Part shown: piece by piece, positions 10,315-20,672 of the stretch
How the letters are laid out: every line of letters starts with the position of its first letter
Numbering within the stretch: position 1 is the first letter of the stretch
From: Candidatus Poribacteria bacterium
GTDB taxonomy: Bacteria > Poribacteria > WGA-4E > PCPOR2b
DNA length: 64,000 bases
Assembly (NCBI GenBank): GCA_965218095.1
Contig: OZ244587.1
Location: 1,792,001 to 1,856,000 of the forward strand
Direction of reading: 5' to 3'
Made by a program: the position numbers and the translations under genes
Notes under the pieces: model-generated
Database searches by the model: none
What the model saw: only the letters and a program-made list of their open reading frames with translations
Told to the model about the DNA's origin: nothing

Positions 10315-12057
10315 ATGAACCTATATCTCCGCTTACTGAGCTACCTTAAACCGTACTGGAAAAGCACGACCGTCTCGCTGATAGCGATGCTGGTTGTGTC
10401 CGCAGGCAATCTTGCCCCGACATGGATTGGGGGCAGGATTGTCATTGACCAGGTGATCATGCAGCAGAATGTCAGCCGATTGCATTGGATCGCGCTGCTG
10501 CTGCTCGGCATCTATCTGGCGAAGAGCATTGGGGTAATGTTGGCGGAATGGCTGTCCCACGAAATCGCCGAGAAAATTATCTATGATATGCGGACGCAGA
10601 TTTACAGCCACCTGCAGAAACTCTCGTTCCGCTTTCACAAGGACAACACCACCGGCGATCTGATGTCGCGTGTGGTGAACGACATTGATGCGATGCGGGA
10701 TATGCTCGCGCACACCGCACACATGATCACTGTACAAATGTTGACCTTTATCGGCATCGCGATCTTGCTGTCCGTCATGAACTGGAAAATGGCCATCCTG
10801 ACACTTTTCCCACTCCTGATCTTGGGGCCGCTCATTGTCCGCTTCGGCATAAAACTGCGGTGCATCTCCCGCGATGTTCGCGCCGAGCTTGCAGATGTCA
10901 ATGCCCGTTTGCAGGATAACCTCTCCGGAATCTTCGAGATCCAAGCCTTTGCCCGTGAACCTTACGAAGAGACGCGGTTCACCGCCGACTGTGCCGATTA
11001 CCGCAACGCAATCATCCAAGGCGTGCGCTTGTGGGCGCGGCTGAATCCCACGGTTCAGTTTTTGCTTGGTGTAAGTTGGACAGTGATTCTGTGGTACGGG
11101 GGTTGGCAGATTATCAGCGGTTCGAGCGATATGACCGTCGGACAACTGTTTGTCTTTCTCGGATTTCTGTGGCGGCTGTTCATGCCGATTGAGATGGCGA
11201 GCCATGAGAACGAGCGTTTGCAGAAAGCCCTCGCGGCTGGTGAGCGGATGATGGAATTGTTGGATACAGAGCCAGAGATTAAAGACATCCCAAACGCTTG
11301 GGCTGGGAATGTCACAGGCGAGATTTTGTTTGAAAATGTCTCTTTTAAGTACACGGATGAAGAGGTGCTGACGGACGTAAATTTCAAAATTCGTCCGGGG
11401 GAAACGATTGCTTTCGTGGGTCCCAGCGGCGTCGGAAAAACCACGCTTGTTGGGCTTGTGCCGAGATTCTACGATGTGACCGATGGGCAGGTGGAGGTTG
11501 ATGGTGTCAGTGTACGGAATTGGCAAATTCACGCGCTGCGGGGTCAGATTGGACTCGTGCCACAAGAGACTTTTCTGTTCAACGGAACCGTCGGAGGAAA
11601 CATCGCCTACGGCAAACTGGACGCAACGCAGGCGGAGATCGAGGCCGCAGCAAAAGCCGCCAACATCTACGATTTCATCATGGACCTGCCAGAGCGCTTC
11701 AACACCGTTGTTGGTGAACGTGGCATGCGGCTCTCCGGTGGGCAGAAGCAGCGAATCTCAATTGCGCGAGCCATCCTGAAAGACCCGCCGATCCTCATCC
11801 TCGACGAAGCAACGTCCTCTGTCGATACGGAATTGGAACGGCTGATCCAGCAGAGTTTGATGAATCTGCTGCATGGGCGCACGACGCTGATTATCGCTCA
11901 CCGACTCGCAACCATCAGATTCGCTGATCGAATTGTCGTGTTGGAGGACAATCGAATCGTGGAGCTCGGGACGCATGTCGAACTCATCTCACAGGGTGGG
12001 TTGTACACCCGGCTTTACGAAGCACAATTTGGGGAAAAGCAGTTGTCAATTGCGTGA
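10315..12057 (+). CDS. ABC exporter, fused permease and ATPase (MsbA-like)
   Basis: TM domain, GDLMSR, Walker A GPSGVGKT, LSGGQ, ILILDEATS. Confidence 0.95.
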   Translation: MNLYLRLLSYLKPYWKSTTVSLIAMLVVSAGNLAPTWIGGRIVIDQVIMQQNVSRLHWIALLLLGIYLAKSIGVMLAEWLSHEIAEKIIYDMRTQIYSHLQKLSFRFHKDNTTGDLMSRVVNDIDAMRDMLAHTAHMITVQMLTFIGIAILLSVMNWKMAILTLFPLLILGPLIVRFGIKLRCISRDVRAELADVNARLQDNLSGIFEIQAFAREPYEETRFTADCADYRNAIIQGVRLWARLNPTVQFLLGVSWTVILWYGGWQIISGSSDMTVGQLFVFLGFLWRLFMPIEMASHENERLQKALAAGERMMELLDTEPEIKDIPNAWAGNVTGEILFENVSFKYTDEEVLTDVNFKIRPGETIAFVGPSGVGKTTLVGLVPRFYDVTDGQVEVDGVSVRNWQIHALRGQIGLVPQETFLFNGTVGGNIAYGKLDATQAEIEAAAKAANIYDFIMDLPERFNTVVGERGMRLSGGQKQRISIARAILKDPPILILDEATSSVDTELERLIQQSLMNLLHGRTTLIIAHRLATIRFADRIVVLEDNRIVELGTHVELISQGGLYTRLYEAQFGEKQLSIA

Positions 12058-12079
12058 CAACTGAAACGTGAAAATCCGC

Positions 12080-12108
12080 TTGACGCTAGCGCTAAAAAAT
12101 CGTACCAT
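12080..12108 (+). promoter_or_regulatory. sigma70-like promoter ahead of a 27-codon ORF (12159-12242)
   Basis: TTGACG-17-TACCAT. Confidence 0.5.
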
Positions 12109-12263
12109 TCTCTAACTGGCATGGATTCAAACAAATTTTTCTTCAAGGTATAAGGACTATGGCTGACAAAAAGAATTCGGGTTCTGCTCCGCAGCCGCAG
12201 ATTCCCTTTGATATGGAGACCCGCGCGAGTGTTACGTATTGACGTAAATAGAGTAAAACTCAG

Positions 12264-12354
12264 GGCTCATGTCAAAAGAAAATGCAAAAGCGTCAGAGAA
12301 GCATCGAAATCACTGATCTGGATCTTTCCCTTGCACGAGTTCTTAGCATGAGCC
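12264..12354 (+). mobile_element. 91-bp MITE with GGCTCATG terminal inverted repeats (copy 1)
   Basis: GGCTCATG...CATGAGCC; same length as, and clearly homologous to, the reverse complement of 22392-22482; flanks AAACTCAG/AACTTCAG resemble a decayed 8-bp TSD. Confidence 0.8.
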
Positions 12355-12374
12355 AACTTCAGAAAGGAGTCACG

Positions 12375-12426
12375 ATGTTAAAAGCAGGATTTATCGGTGC
12401 CGGCGGACGAAGTCAAGGCACACACT
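12375..12426 (+). pseudogene. 5' remnant of a Gfo/Idh/MocA oxidoreductase, cut by a REP
   Basis: RBS AAGGAG then MLKAGFIGAGGRSQG, followed directly by the GTCAT-type REP at 12427-12486. Confidence 0.6.
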
Positions 12427-12533
12427 TCATCCTGAACGAAGTGAAGAATCTCTTGCACCTTAACAAGGAGATTCTTCGCTGCGCTCTATTAGACTACCAA
12501 GAAACTACCCGCAATGAGTTCAAACACTAAGAA

Positions 12534-12562
12534 TTGACAAAATTAGTGAATTGGTTTATAGT
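12534..12562 (+). promoter_or_regulatory. sigma70-like promoter of the aldolase gene
   Basis: TTGACA-17-TATAGT. Confidence 0.65.
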
Positions 12563-12625
12563 ATTTTCAGCATGACGCTACCACTTTAGTCTAGGGTAGC
12601 GATTTTATTTAAGGAGAAGATAACA

Positions 12626-13426
12626 ATGATGCGTAATCGAGTGAGGGAAATTTTTAACTCAGACGAACTTTTGCTTGACACAAGGATACACAGTCCATGG
12701 GCAAACGAAATTGATATGATTGGCTGCACAGCTCTCAATACGGTGCAGGTTGTTGCCGAGTATGGCGCCCTTGAAACCTTAGATTTCGAGCACCTCTGCC
12801 GTGCAGCAGAAGCTCAGGGCTTAGGTAAGATTATTAAGATCGACAGCGCTGGCCAACAACTGAGGGTTCAAAGAGCAATTGGCGCCGGATTTGAAGCCGT
12901 GGTCTTCGTTGATGTGCATAACCGCTCCGAGACAGAAGAGTGCGTGCGCATTATTCGTGCCGAAACACCTGAGGATGGTGGATTGAATCCGGTTCGATCA
13001 GTCCGGGCTTTCTATCCCGGTTATGGTGGCACCCAAGCGTATATTGAGGCGCTGAGAGAGATTGTGGTTATCCTCATGATTGAGAAGGCGGAGGCGGTTG
13101 AGAATCTGGAAGCGATCCTTTCAGTTAAAGGCGTTGATGGGATCATCTGGGGGCCCGGGGATTTCTGGCAGAGTAAGGGGGCGCCTGAAAAAAGAGGCAC
13201 TGAAGAGGACCGAGCTATACAGACGGAGGTATACCACAAGGCTCTGAGTGTGGGTGTTGAGCCAATCGTCGAGATTAACGATTTCGAAGAAACTGCGCCG
13301 TGGCTTGATATGGGTATTCGCATGTTTTCTCTGGGAACGACGATTACCATTCTCCATGCCTATTGGCGTAAACATGGAGACGGTCTTCAGGCAATCTATG
13401 CACAACGTCAACAAATAAAAGGCTGA
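12626..13426 (+). CDS. HpcH/HpaI aldolase family protein
   Basis: AEYG, VILMIEKAEAVENLEAILSVKGVDGIIWGPGDF. Confidence 0.88.
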   Translation: MMRNRVREIFNSDELLLDTRIHSPWANEIDMIGCTALNTVQVVAEYGALETLDFEHLCRAAEAQGLGKIIKIDSAGQQLRVQRAIGAGFEAVVFVDVHNRSETEECVRIIRAETPEDGGLNPVRSVRAFYPGYGGTQAYIEALREIVVILMIEKAEAVENLEAILSVKGVDGIIWGPGDFWQSKGAPEKRGTEEDRAIQTEVYHKALSVGVEPIVEINDFEETAPWLDMGIRMFSLGTTITILHAYWRKHGDGLQAIYAQRQQIKG

Positions 13427-13510
13427 TTAACTCCGGGTTTCGCACAAATTCTTATGACAGTTTTCACCCAAGTGTGCAATTTTACCCAGGTTTGATTTCC
13501 TGTACACCAC

Positions 13511-13561
13511 CTAGTGCTCCACGGCAGAAGTTTTTGAGTTATTTATACTCAGCAGCACTAG
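13511..13561. mobile_element. Possible 51-bp mini-element with CTAGTGCT inverted ends
   Basis: CTAGTGCT...AGCACTAG; single copy in the window. Confidence 0.35.
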
Positions 13562-13728
13562 CTGTTTTATGACATCGACGCCGCCATGGTGGCCCAGCAC
13601 GTTGATATGGAACGCGCTCTAAAGCAAATACAAAACAACCCGGGTTTAAGGGAACGGACACAATCCGCATCGCATCGGCGAGTGTGCATAAGCGTTAAGA
13701 CAACCCATTAGAAAACCTGGAGGAAACC

Positions 13729-14796
13729 ATGAAAGCAGCAGTATTTTACCAACCCAACGTTCCTGTGTCCGTCGAGGCGCTCGAAATCGAAGCGCCGCGA
13801 ACGGGGGAAGTGGTGCTCGATCTCGTTGGCGCGGGCGTCTGTCACAGTGACTACCACTACGTTGATGGTCACGTAAAGCGCGAGCAAACGCCGTGGGTCA
13901 TGGGACACGAAGGCGCGGGTGTGGTCAGGGAGGTCGGCCGCGGTGTGACCCCTGTGGCGCCCGGCGACAAGGTTATCCTCTCACTCGACGCGATGTGCGG
14001 TTACTGCCGCAACTGCAACAACGGTAGCCCAGCGCTGTGTGAGACGTATCCCGACGTCCCCGTGAGCCGCATGACGAAAAACGGCGAACCAGTCTACCAC
14101 GGCAGACCAACGTTTGTCGAGCAAACCATCGTCCTGGCCGATGCGTGTGTCAAAGTTCCGGATGACACGCCACTGGAAAAGGCTTGCCTTATTAGCTGCG
14201 GGGTCATCACCGGCATCGGTGCGGTCGTCAACCGGGCGAAGGTCGAAGCGGGTGCAACGATGGCTGTGTTCGGCTGCGGGGGCGTGGGGCTGAACGTCAT
14301 CCAGGGCGGTGTCCTCGCCTCGGCTAGCAAAATCATCGCGGTCGATAAAGTCCCGTACAAGCTGGAGTTGGCCGAACAATTTGGTGCGACCCACTTCGTC
14401 AACGCTGCTAAAGAGGATCCGGTGCAACGGATTAAGGAGATAACTAGAGGCGGCGCCGATTATGCCTTCGAAGTTGTTGGATTCCCGGCACTGGTACGGC
14501 AGGTGATCGACTCGGTCCGCACGACCGGAACCGCCGTGATGGTCGGGGTACAGCCATCGGGTAAAGAAGTTTCAGTCGAAGGCTGGCATCTGTTGCAGGA
14601 CCGGACGCTGATGGGCGCCTGGCACGGTGCTGCCCGCGCTCGCGTCGACTTTCTCTGGATTCTCGATCTGTACAACCAGGACAAGATCAAGCTCGACGAG
14701 CTGATCTCGCGCTACCGTCCGTTGGACGAAATCAACGAAGCCTTCGACGATATGAACCAGGGGAAGGTTGCGCGTACGGTGCTTGTGTTCGAATGA
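13729..14796 (+). CDS. Zn-dependent alcohol dehydrogenase (class III-like MDR)
   Basis: GVCHSD, GHEGAG, CGYCRNC...C, FGCGGVG. Confidence 0.93.
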   Translation: MKAAVFYQPNVPVSVEALEIEAPRTGEVVLDLVGAGVCHSDYHYVDGHVKREQTPWVMGHEGAGVVREVGRGVTPVAPGDKVILSLDAMCGYCRNCNNGSPALCETYPDVPVSRMTKNGEPVYHGRPTFVEQTIVLADACVKVPDDTPLEKACLISCGVITGIGAVVNRAKVEAGATMAVFGCGGVGLNVIQGGVLASASKIIAVDKVPYKLELAEQFGATHFVNAAKEDPVQRIKEITRGGADYAFEVVGFPALVRQVIDSVRTTGTAVMVGVQPSGKEVSVEGWHLLQDRTLMGAWHGAARARVDFLWILDLYNQDKIKLDELISRYRPLDEINEAFDDMNQGKVARTVLVFE

Positions 14797-14934
14797 AGAT
14801 CTATCTCGGCTTTCTTAAATTACAAATCAAATCGGGTTTAATCCAGTGTTGGTAAGGCTTTAGACTGCATTTCAGTCAAAATTATGACAAAGCCGAGTTA
14901 TTTGCTAACCAGCCTATCTATAAGGAAAAGAAAC

Positions 14935-15792
14935 ATGCTTGATGAACATCATCTTCAGCATCAGATTACTGAAGAACAACTTCAACAACTCAACGGAGAA
15001 GGTTATTTCATTGTCGAAAATGCGCTGCCGGATGACCTTGTGGAGACACTCGAAAGGCGCGTCGATCGCATCCACCAGGAACATTTGGAGTCGGGGTATG
15101 ATCCATACACGAAGTCCGAGATGACGCCACACAAGAACTTCTTTTATCCCAATTTTCTTGGCAGAGACTAGCTTTTCGTCAACCTGCTTGATTGGTATAA
15201 GACCTTCCCGAAGGTTTGGGGCATCCTCGGTTGGAACATCTACTCGTACCATTCTCACTTAATCATCATGCCGCCGCGCCTGCCTGAAGAGCGCAACAAG
15301 CCAAAGCCACTCGGCTGGCATCAAGATAGCGGATATGTCAACGTGGAGACGGAAAGCTCTCCACGCCCCCGCTTATCATTGAAGATTGTCTTCTGGCTTT
15401 CCGATTGCTCAGAGCCGGGACGCGGCAATTTTTACATTATTCCCGGTAGTCACCTCTGGGATACACTCGACCGGCCGAGCGATGGGGCACTGCCCGAAGA
15501 CGCAATGTCTGTCTGTTGTAAGCCCGGCGATGCGGTCTTCTTTGATCGGCGACTCTGGCACGCTCGTAGCGAAAATGACTCCGACATTACTCGGAAGGGG
15601 CTCTTCTATGGGTACGGTTATCGTTGGCTGCGTTCCAAGGATGACATGACCATTCCACAAGAGCTCTTCAAGAATAACGATCCAATCCGGCAGCAATTAC
15701 TTGGTGGCGGCACAGATGCGAACGGACACTTCTCACCAAAAGATGAAGATGTGCCGCTGAAAGTCTGGCTTGAAGAACATGGAATCATCTAG
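14935..15792 (+). pseudogene. PhyH family dioxygenase with in-frame TAG at 15169-15171
   Basis: FLGRD*LFVNLLDWYKTFPKVWGILGWNI continues in frame into the ORF at 15268; WHQD, IIPGSH, GDAVFFDRRLWH. Confidence 0.88.
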
Positions 15793-15884
15793 CGCAATTT
15801 ATACCCTCGTTGAGTATATCGTAAAACGGTAAGAAGTATTATCTCCCTGTCCGGATTACACACAAACACACTCGGGGGAACCGA

Positions 15885-16901
15885 ATGAAAAAAGCAGTCA
15901 TACTCGGAGAACGTCAAGCGGGACTCATTGACGTTCTGGATCCGCAGCCTAAGGAGGACTGGGTTGTCGTCAAGGTGCATGCGGCGCCAATGTGTACCGA
16001 ATACAAAGGCTTTGTATCGGGAGACAAATCAGAGTCTCTCAGACACGAAGCTGTCGGAGAAGTTGTGGCGGTTGCACCGCCGGGGAAGGTCAAGGAAGGG
16101 GATCGGGTCGTTGTGATGCCACAATACCCATGCGGCACATGTCATCTGTGCATCGCCGGCGACTATATCCACTGCGAAAATGCCTGCAATTTTGCAGAAT
16201 TTACCGGCACCCCTGATGGATGGGCGACGATGGCGCAATACCTCCTGAAGCCTTCCTGGCTTCTGCCGAAAATTCCAGATGGGGTTCCATACGAACATGC
16301 TAGTCTCGCTTGCTGCACACTGGGCCCCTCATTTGGTGCTTTTCAGACGATGGGCTTGAGCGTATTCGACACCGTGCTGATTACTGGCATTGGTCCCGTC
16401 GGATTCGGTGCGGTTGTCAACGCGTGTTTTCGTGGCGCGCGGGTTATCGCCGTGGAGTCGATACCGTGGCGTGTGGAGCGGGTGAAGCAGATGGGAGCCG
16501 CTGAAGTCCTGCATCCACGCGATCCGGACATCATCCAGAAGATCAAAGACCTCACGGATGAGATCGGCGTTGACTGTGCGTTGGACTGCTCCGGCGCCGT
16601 GCAAGCAGAACGGCTCTGCATTGATGCGACGCGGCGAAAAGGCAAGGTTGCTTACGTCGGTGAGTGTGGACAGGATTTGGCGATCCGCGTCAGCCCAGAC
16701 CTTATCCGCAAGGGGCTCACCATCATCGGCAACTGGCACTACAACCTCAACGATTTTCCGGGCATCATGAAAGTCATCCAAGAATCGCCGCTGATTGACT
16801 TGCTCATCAGCCACGTTATCCCGATGAGTCAGATTCAGGAAGCGTTTGAGATCTCGTCGTCTCATGAGAGCAGTAAGATAATCTTGAAACCGTGGGAGTG
16901 A
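15885..16901 (+). CDS. Zn-binding dehydrogenase (threonine/sorbitol DH-like MDR); GHE motif altered to RHE
   Basis: PMCTE, RHEAVG, CGTCHLC...C, GIGPVG. Confidence 0.88.
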   Translation: MKKAVILGERQAGLIDVLDPQPKEDWVVVKVHAAPMCTEYKGFVSGDKSESLRHEAVGEVVAVAPPGKVKEGDRVVVMPQYPCGTCHLCIAGDYIHCENACNFAEFTGTPDGWATMAQYLLKPSWLLPKIPDGVPYEHASLACCTLGPSFGAFQTMGLSVFDTVLITGIGPVGFGAVVNACFRGARVIAVESIPWRVERVKQMGAAEVLHPRDPDIIQKIKDLTDEIGVDCALDCSGAVQAERLCIDATRRKGKVAYVGECGQDLAIRVSPDLIRKGLTIIGNWHYNLNDFPGIMKVIQESPLIDLLISHVIPMSQIQEAFEISSSHESSKIILKPWE

Positions 16902-16930
16902 AACCTTTGAAAGGTTAGGCGCTTTACGTT

Positions 16931-17363
16931 TTATGCACCAACGTTTGCTTGTAGATAATCAACGATGTGTTGACTAAACGTCTCAAAATCGGTAACGCAC
17001 CTTTGTAGGAACTGATAGATTAGCTCATGGTCGACAGTCATATACCGATGAACAATCACGTTTCGTAGCCCCGGCATGCCAGTGAGCTCCTGTGCAAAAT
17101 CTTGAGGCAGGATGCCGTGTCCACCAAGTCCGAGTATTGCAGATCTACTGTCGGGCGGCTGTTCCAGGTCGCCACCGATAAGCAGATGATTTGCAATGTC
17201 AATCACACACTAGATTGCCGTTTGCAGCGCATAACGAATCATCGATTGATAATTGCGATCTGCTACCGCCTCATCATAACTCAACTGCTGGTAAGTACGG
17301 AGATCTTCGGTATATTCCGAAAGCGTTTGTAACAGGTCTTGGACAGTTTGCGGGTCGACTATA
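16931..17363 (-). pseudogene. HepT/DUF86 HEPN ribonuclease toxin, in-frame TAG at 17212-17210, start apparently ATA
   Basis: ALQTAI*CVIDIANHLL...GLRNVIVHRY (RxxxxH motif); the two ORFs are in the same frame. Confidence 0.85.
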
Positions 17364-17364
17364 A

Positions 17365-17802
17365 TTAATCGGGCTCGTTTCGGGAGTTTTGGGATTTGGC
17401 TTGCTGTCTTTTGAGGTAGTATTGCCATTGAAGGTCACGCAAAGGTTGGGTATCGACATAACGATTGAACGTGTCAACACAGAATGAGACATACCGCTGA
17501 TGTGGGTCATAGATGACAACGCCGTGACGCACGACTTGAAAAGACAGCAGCGGTGGGGCGTTGTTCAGCAGTGCAACATCGATTGCGTCTCGTTGGAAAA
17601 TGCCAATGAGCTCGGTATTGAGGTCTACCACCCGTTGACTGTATTCCGCTTGAGGAATCTGATCAGATAGCAGAACGGCGATGTCGATATCAGATTCACG
17701 GTTTGTGGTGCCTTTCGCCTGCGATCCAAAAAGGTAGGCGAGGACGACATCGCTTGCATCAAAGAGAGATGTAAACTGTGGCTTGTATCGGTTAATATTC
17801 AC
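17365..17802 (-). CDS. MntA-type minimal nucleotidyltransferase antitoxin
   Basis: AYLFGSQAKG...SDIDIAV, IDVALLNNAPPLL; upstream of DUF86. Confidence 0.9.
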   Translation of the reverse strand: MNINRYKPQFTSLFDASDVVLAYLFGSQAKGTTNRESDIDIAVLLSDQIPQAEYSQRVVDLNTELIGIFQRDAIDVALLNNAPPLLSFQVVRHGVVIYDPHQRYVSFCVDTFNRYVDTQPLRDLQWQYYLKRQQAKSQNSRNEPD

Positions 17803-18056
17803 AGGGTTATTCCTTAGATTACATTAGAACACGGATTCAGTCGGATTTCGCGGAGGTTGCCCGCGTCGGTGGACAAGATTTGTGAAATCCGACGACATCT
17901 GCGATTCTATAAAGGTATAATAACACATCCGATAGCGAACCGACAAATGAATCAGGCAGTTCGTACACAGTGGATCTGATTGTAAATTTGCACCGTGTCA
18001 CCAACCTTCCGAAGGTTATTTTTACGTTTCACACATCACGTTTCAGGTGCAAACTC

Positions 18057-20177
18057 ATGAAACTGACAACCTTAGCGACATGCAATCTCAACCAATGGGC
18101 GCTCGATTTTGAGGGAAATTTGGGGCGGATTATCGAGTCAATTCAGAGTGCCAAGGAAAGCGGAGCACGCTATCGGCTTGGCCCAGAGTTGGAGCTCTGC
18201 GGCTATAGCTGCGAGGACCACTTCCTCGAACAGGATACCTTTCTCCATTCTTGGGAATGCCTCGCCGAAATCCTCAAGGGCGATTTGACCGCCGATATTT
18301 TGTGCGATATCGGCATGCCGGTCATGCACAAAAATGTGCGGTATAATTGTCGTATCTTCGTGCTGGATGGAAAAATTCTCCTCATCCGCCCCAAGCTGAT
18401 TCTGGCGGCCGATGGAAATTACCGTGAAACGCGATGGTTTGCGGCGTGGCAACGTCCACGACAGTTGGAGGAACACTACTTGCCGCGCATGATTCGAGAG
18501 ATTACCGGACAGGAAACAATTTCCTTCGGAGATGCGGCAATCGCTACGCGGGACACTGCTCTGGCCCCTGAAACCTGTGAGGAGCTTTTTGCGCCAAATA
18601 GTCCACATATCTATCTCGGCTTGAATGGGATTGAGATTATCACAAATGGGTCTGGGTCACATCACGAACTTCGGAAACTCGATACGCGGTTGGATCTCAT
18701 CCGCAGCGCCACATCGAAAGGCGGCGGGATTTACCTCTACGCGAATCAACAAGGCTGTGATGGCGGACGGCTCTACTTCGACGGATGTGCGCTGATTGCC
18801 GTCAATGGAGAGGTTGTCGCGCAGGGGTCACAATTTTCGTTGAACGATGTCGAAGTGGTGACTGCTACGGTCGATCTGGAAGATGTCCGTTCCTATCGAG
18901 GCTCGAAGGTCAGTCGCGGAGTTCAAGCCAGCCAATCAGAGCCGGTGCCACGAGTCAACGCGGATTTTGATCTGACCACTGATGATTTTCGCCTTGCTCC
19001 ATGCCTCCCAATTGATGTACAGTACCATACGCCTGAAGAAGAGATCGCCTATGGTCCCGCGTGCTGGCTGTGGGACTACCTGAGACGTTCTGGAGCAGCT
19101 GGATATTTCTTGCCACTCTCCGGCGGTGCAGATAGTTCATCAGTCGCAACGATTGTTGGCTCAATGTGTCAGATGGTTGCAAAAGAGGCGAAAGCGGGCA
19201 ACCAGCAGGTCATCCGAGATGCGTGTCGAATCACTGGAGCGGATGAAGATACCGACTATCTTCCGACGGATGCGCGAGAATTCGCCAATCGGATCTTTTA
19301 CACATGCTATATGGCGACTCAGAATAGCTCAAAGGCGACACGGGACCGCGCGAAAAAACTGACCAATCAGATCAGCTCTTACCACCTGAACGTGAATATC
19401 GATTCGGTCGTCGCTGCCATGGTCTCCCTTTTTGTGCGTTTGACCCGGAAGACACCTCAATTCAAGGTGGAGGGTGGAACGGAGGCGGAGAACAATGCAA
19501 TGCAAAATATTCAAGCCCGTCTTCGTATGGCCCTCTCCTATCTATTGGCGCAACTGCTGCCGTGGGTGCGGGGTAAACGCGGAACGTTGCTGGTATTAGG
19601 CAGTGCAAATGTAGACGAAAGCCTGCGCGGCTATGTGACAAAATACGATTGCAGCAGCGCGGACCTGAACCCAATCGGCGGAATTAGCAAGACAGACCTC
19701 CGCCGGTTTTTGCGATGGGCGGCGGAGAACCTTGGCTACACCGCACTGGTCGATGTGATCAAAGCCCCACCGACAGCAGAACTTGAGCCGATCACCGAGA
19801 CGTATATGCAGGAGGATGAGGCGGACATGGGGTTGACTTACGATGAACTCAGTCGCTTCGGAAAGCTGCGGAAGATTGATCGATGTGGTCCCGTAAGCAT
19901 GTTTGAGAAGCTGGCCCATGAATGGAATCATCTCACGCCCCATGAAGTCGCCGAAAAGGTCAAACGCTTCTTCTACTACTACTCAGTCAACCGCCATAAG
20001 ATGACAACCCTCACTCCCTCGTACCATGCTGAATCGTATTCTCCCGACGATAACCGATTTGACCTCCGCCAGTTCCTTTACAGTGTCCGCTGGGGGTGGC
20101 AGTTTCGCAAAATAGATCAGCTTGTCGAGCAGATGGAGAGTGAAGTGAATAAGCCAATTGACAAATCAGCATATTAA
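18057..20177 (+). CDS. nadE: Glutamine-dependent NAD+ synthetase, eukaryotic (Qns1/NADSYN1) type
   Basis: Nitrilase domain (GPELE, RPK, CEEL) plus synthetase domain ([31 protein letters not shown]); NQWALDF and [16 protein letters not shown] signatures. Confidence 0.95.
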   Translation: MKLTTLATCNLNQWALDFEGNLGRIIESIQSAKESGARYRLGPELELCGYSCEDHFLEQDTFLHSWECLAEILKGDLTADILCDIGMPVMHKNVRYNCRIFVLDGKILLIRPKLILAADGNYRETRWFAAWQRPRQLEEHYLPRMIREITGQETISFGDAAIATRDTALAPETCEELFAPNSPHIYLGLNGIEIITNGSGSHHELRKLDTRLDLIRSATSKGGGIYLYANQQGCDGGRLYFDGCALIAVNGEVVAQGSQFSLNDVEVVTATVDLEDVRSYRGSKVSRGVQASQSEPVPRVNADFDLTTDDFRLAPCLPIDVQYHTPEEEIAYGPACWLWDYLRRSGAAGYFLPLSGGADSSSVATIVGSMCQMVAKEAKAGNQQVIRDACRITGADEDTDYLPTDAREFANRIFYTCYMATQNSSKATRDRAKKLTNQISSYHLNVNIDSVVAAMVSLFVRLTRKTPQFKVEGGTEAENNAMQNIQARLRMALSYLLAQLLPWVRGKRGTLLVLGSANVDESLRGYVTKYDCSSADLNPIGGISKTDLRRFLRWAAENLGYTALVDVIKAPPTAELEPITETYMQEDEADMGLTYDELSRFGKLRKIDRCGPVSMFEKLAHEWNHLTPHEVAEKVKRFFYYYSVNRHKMTTLTPSYHAESYSPDDNRFDLRQFLYSVRWGWQFRKIDQLVEQMESEVNKPIDKSAY

Positions 20178-20211
20178 AGCGGAAATCCCGGATGACATCT
20201 ATACTGCCCAC

Positions 20212-20350
20212 TATACTGCCCACCGCCAGAAACTGCGCTTTTTGGCTGTCATTCTGAGGCTTTACGAAGAATCTCAGCGCAAGAGATCCTTCACTGCGTT
20301 CAGGATGACGGGCGCCTCCAAAAGCGCAATTTGACGCGGTGTTGAGTATA
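20212..20350. mobile_element. MITE-like TATACT...AGTATA element (copy B, inverted) with internal GTCAT-type REP
   Basis: Ends homologous to 5361-5485; cargo at 20247-20310; 12-bp tandem duplication CTATACTGCCCA at 20199-20222. Confidence 0.7.
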
Positions 20351-20672
20351 TTGCAAGTTTCTGCGTAATATTCACATTATCACGTTTTACATTTTAGGCA
20401 TCACGTATGATGGTGGGTTCGAGGTATGCTAACTTTTGGGAATTCTTGACTATTAGCTCGTTTGCAGGAAATTGTCGAGGCATCAGCAAACTGGCGTGTG
20501 CGCGTTGGTATCCGTAAAAGAGGAATGGAGATGTTTCGAGTTGATGGACTGATCGCATAAAAGAATTGACTCAGCAGTGCAGCCCTATATCCTCAATGAT
20601 GTAGAGCTTTTTTTGTTTTTATACTCAGTTGGCCCACCGAACTTGAAAAGGTTATGTACACAGCAATTACAA

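Noticed and set aside
10333-11565. Long antisense ORFs (e.g. 410 aa opposite the ABC exporter; also 4374-5297, 36557-37402, 41142-41984)
   Set aside because: They are shadows of well-supported genes on the other strand and have no recognisable motifs
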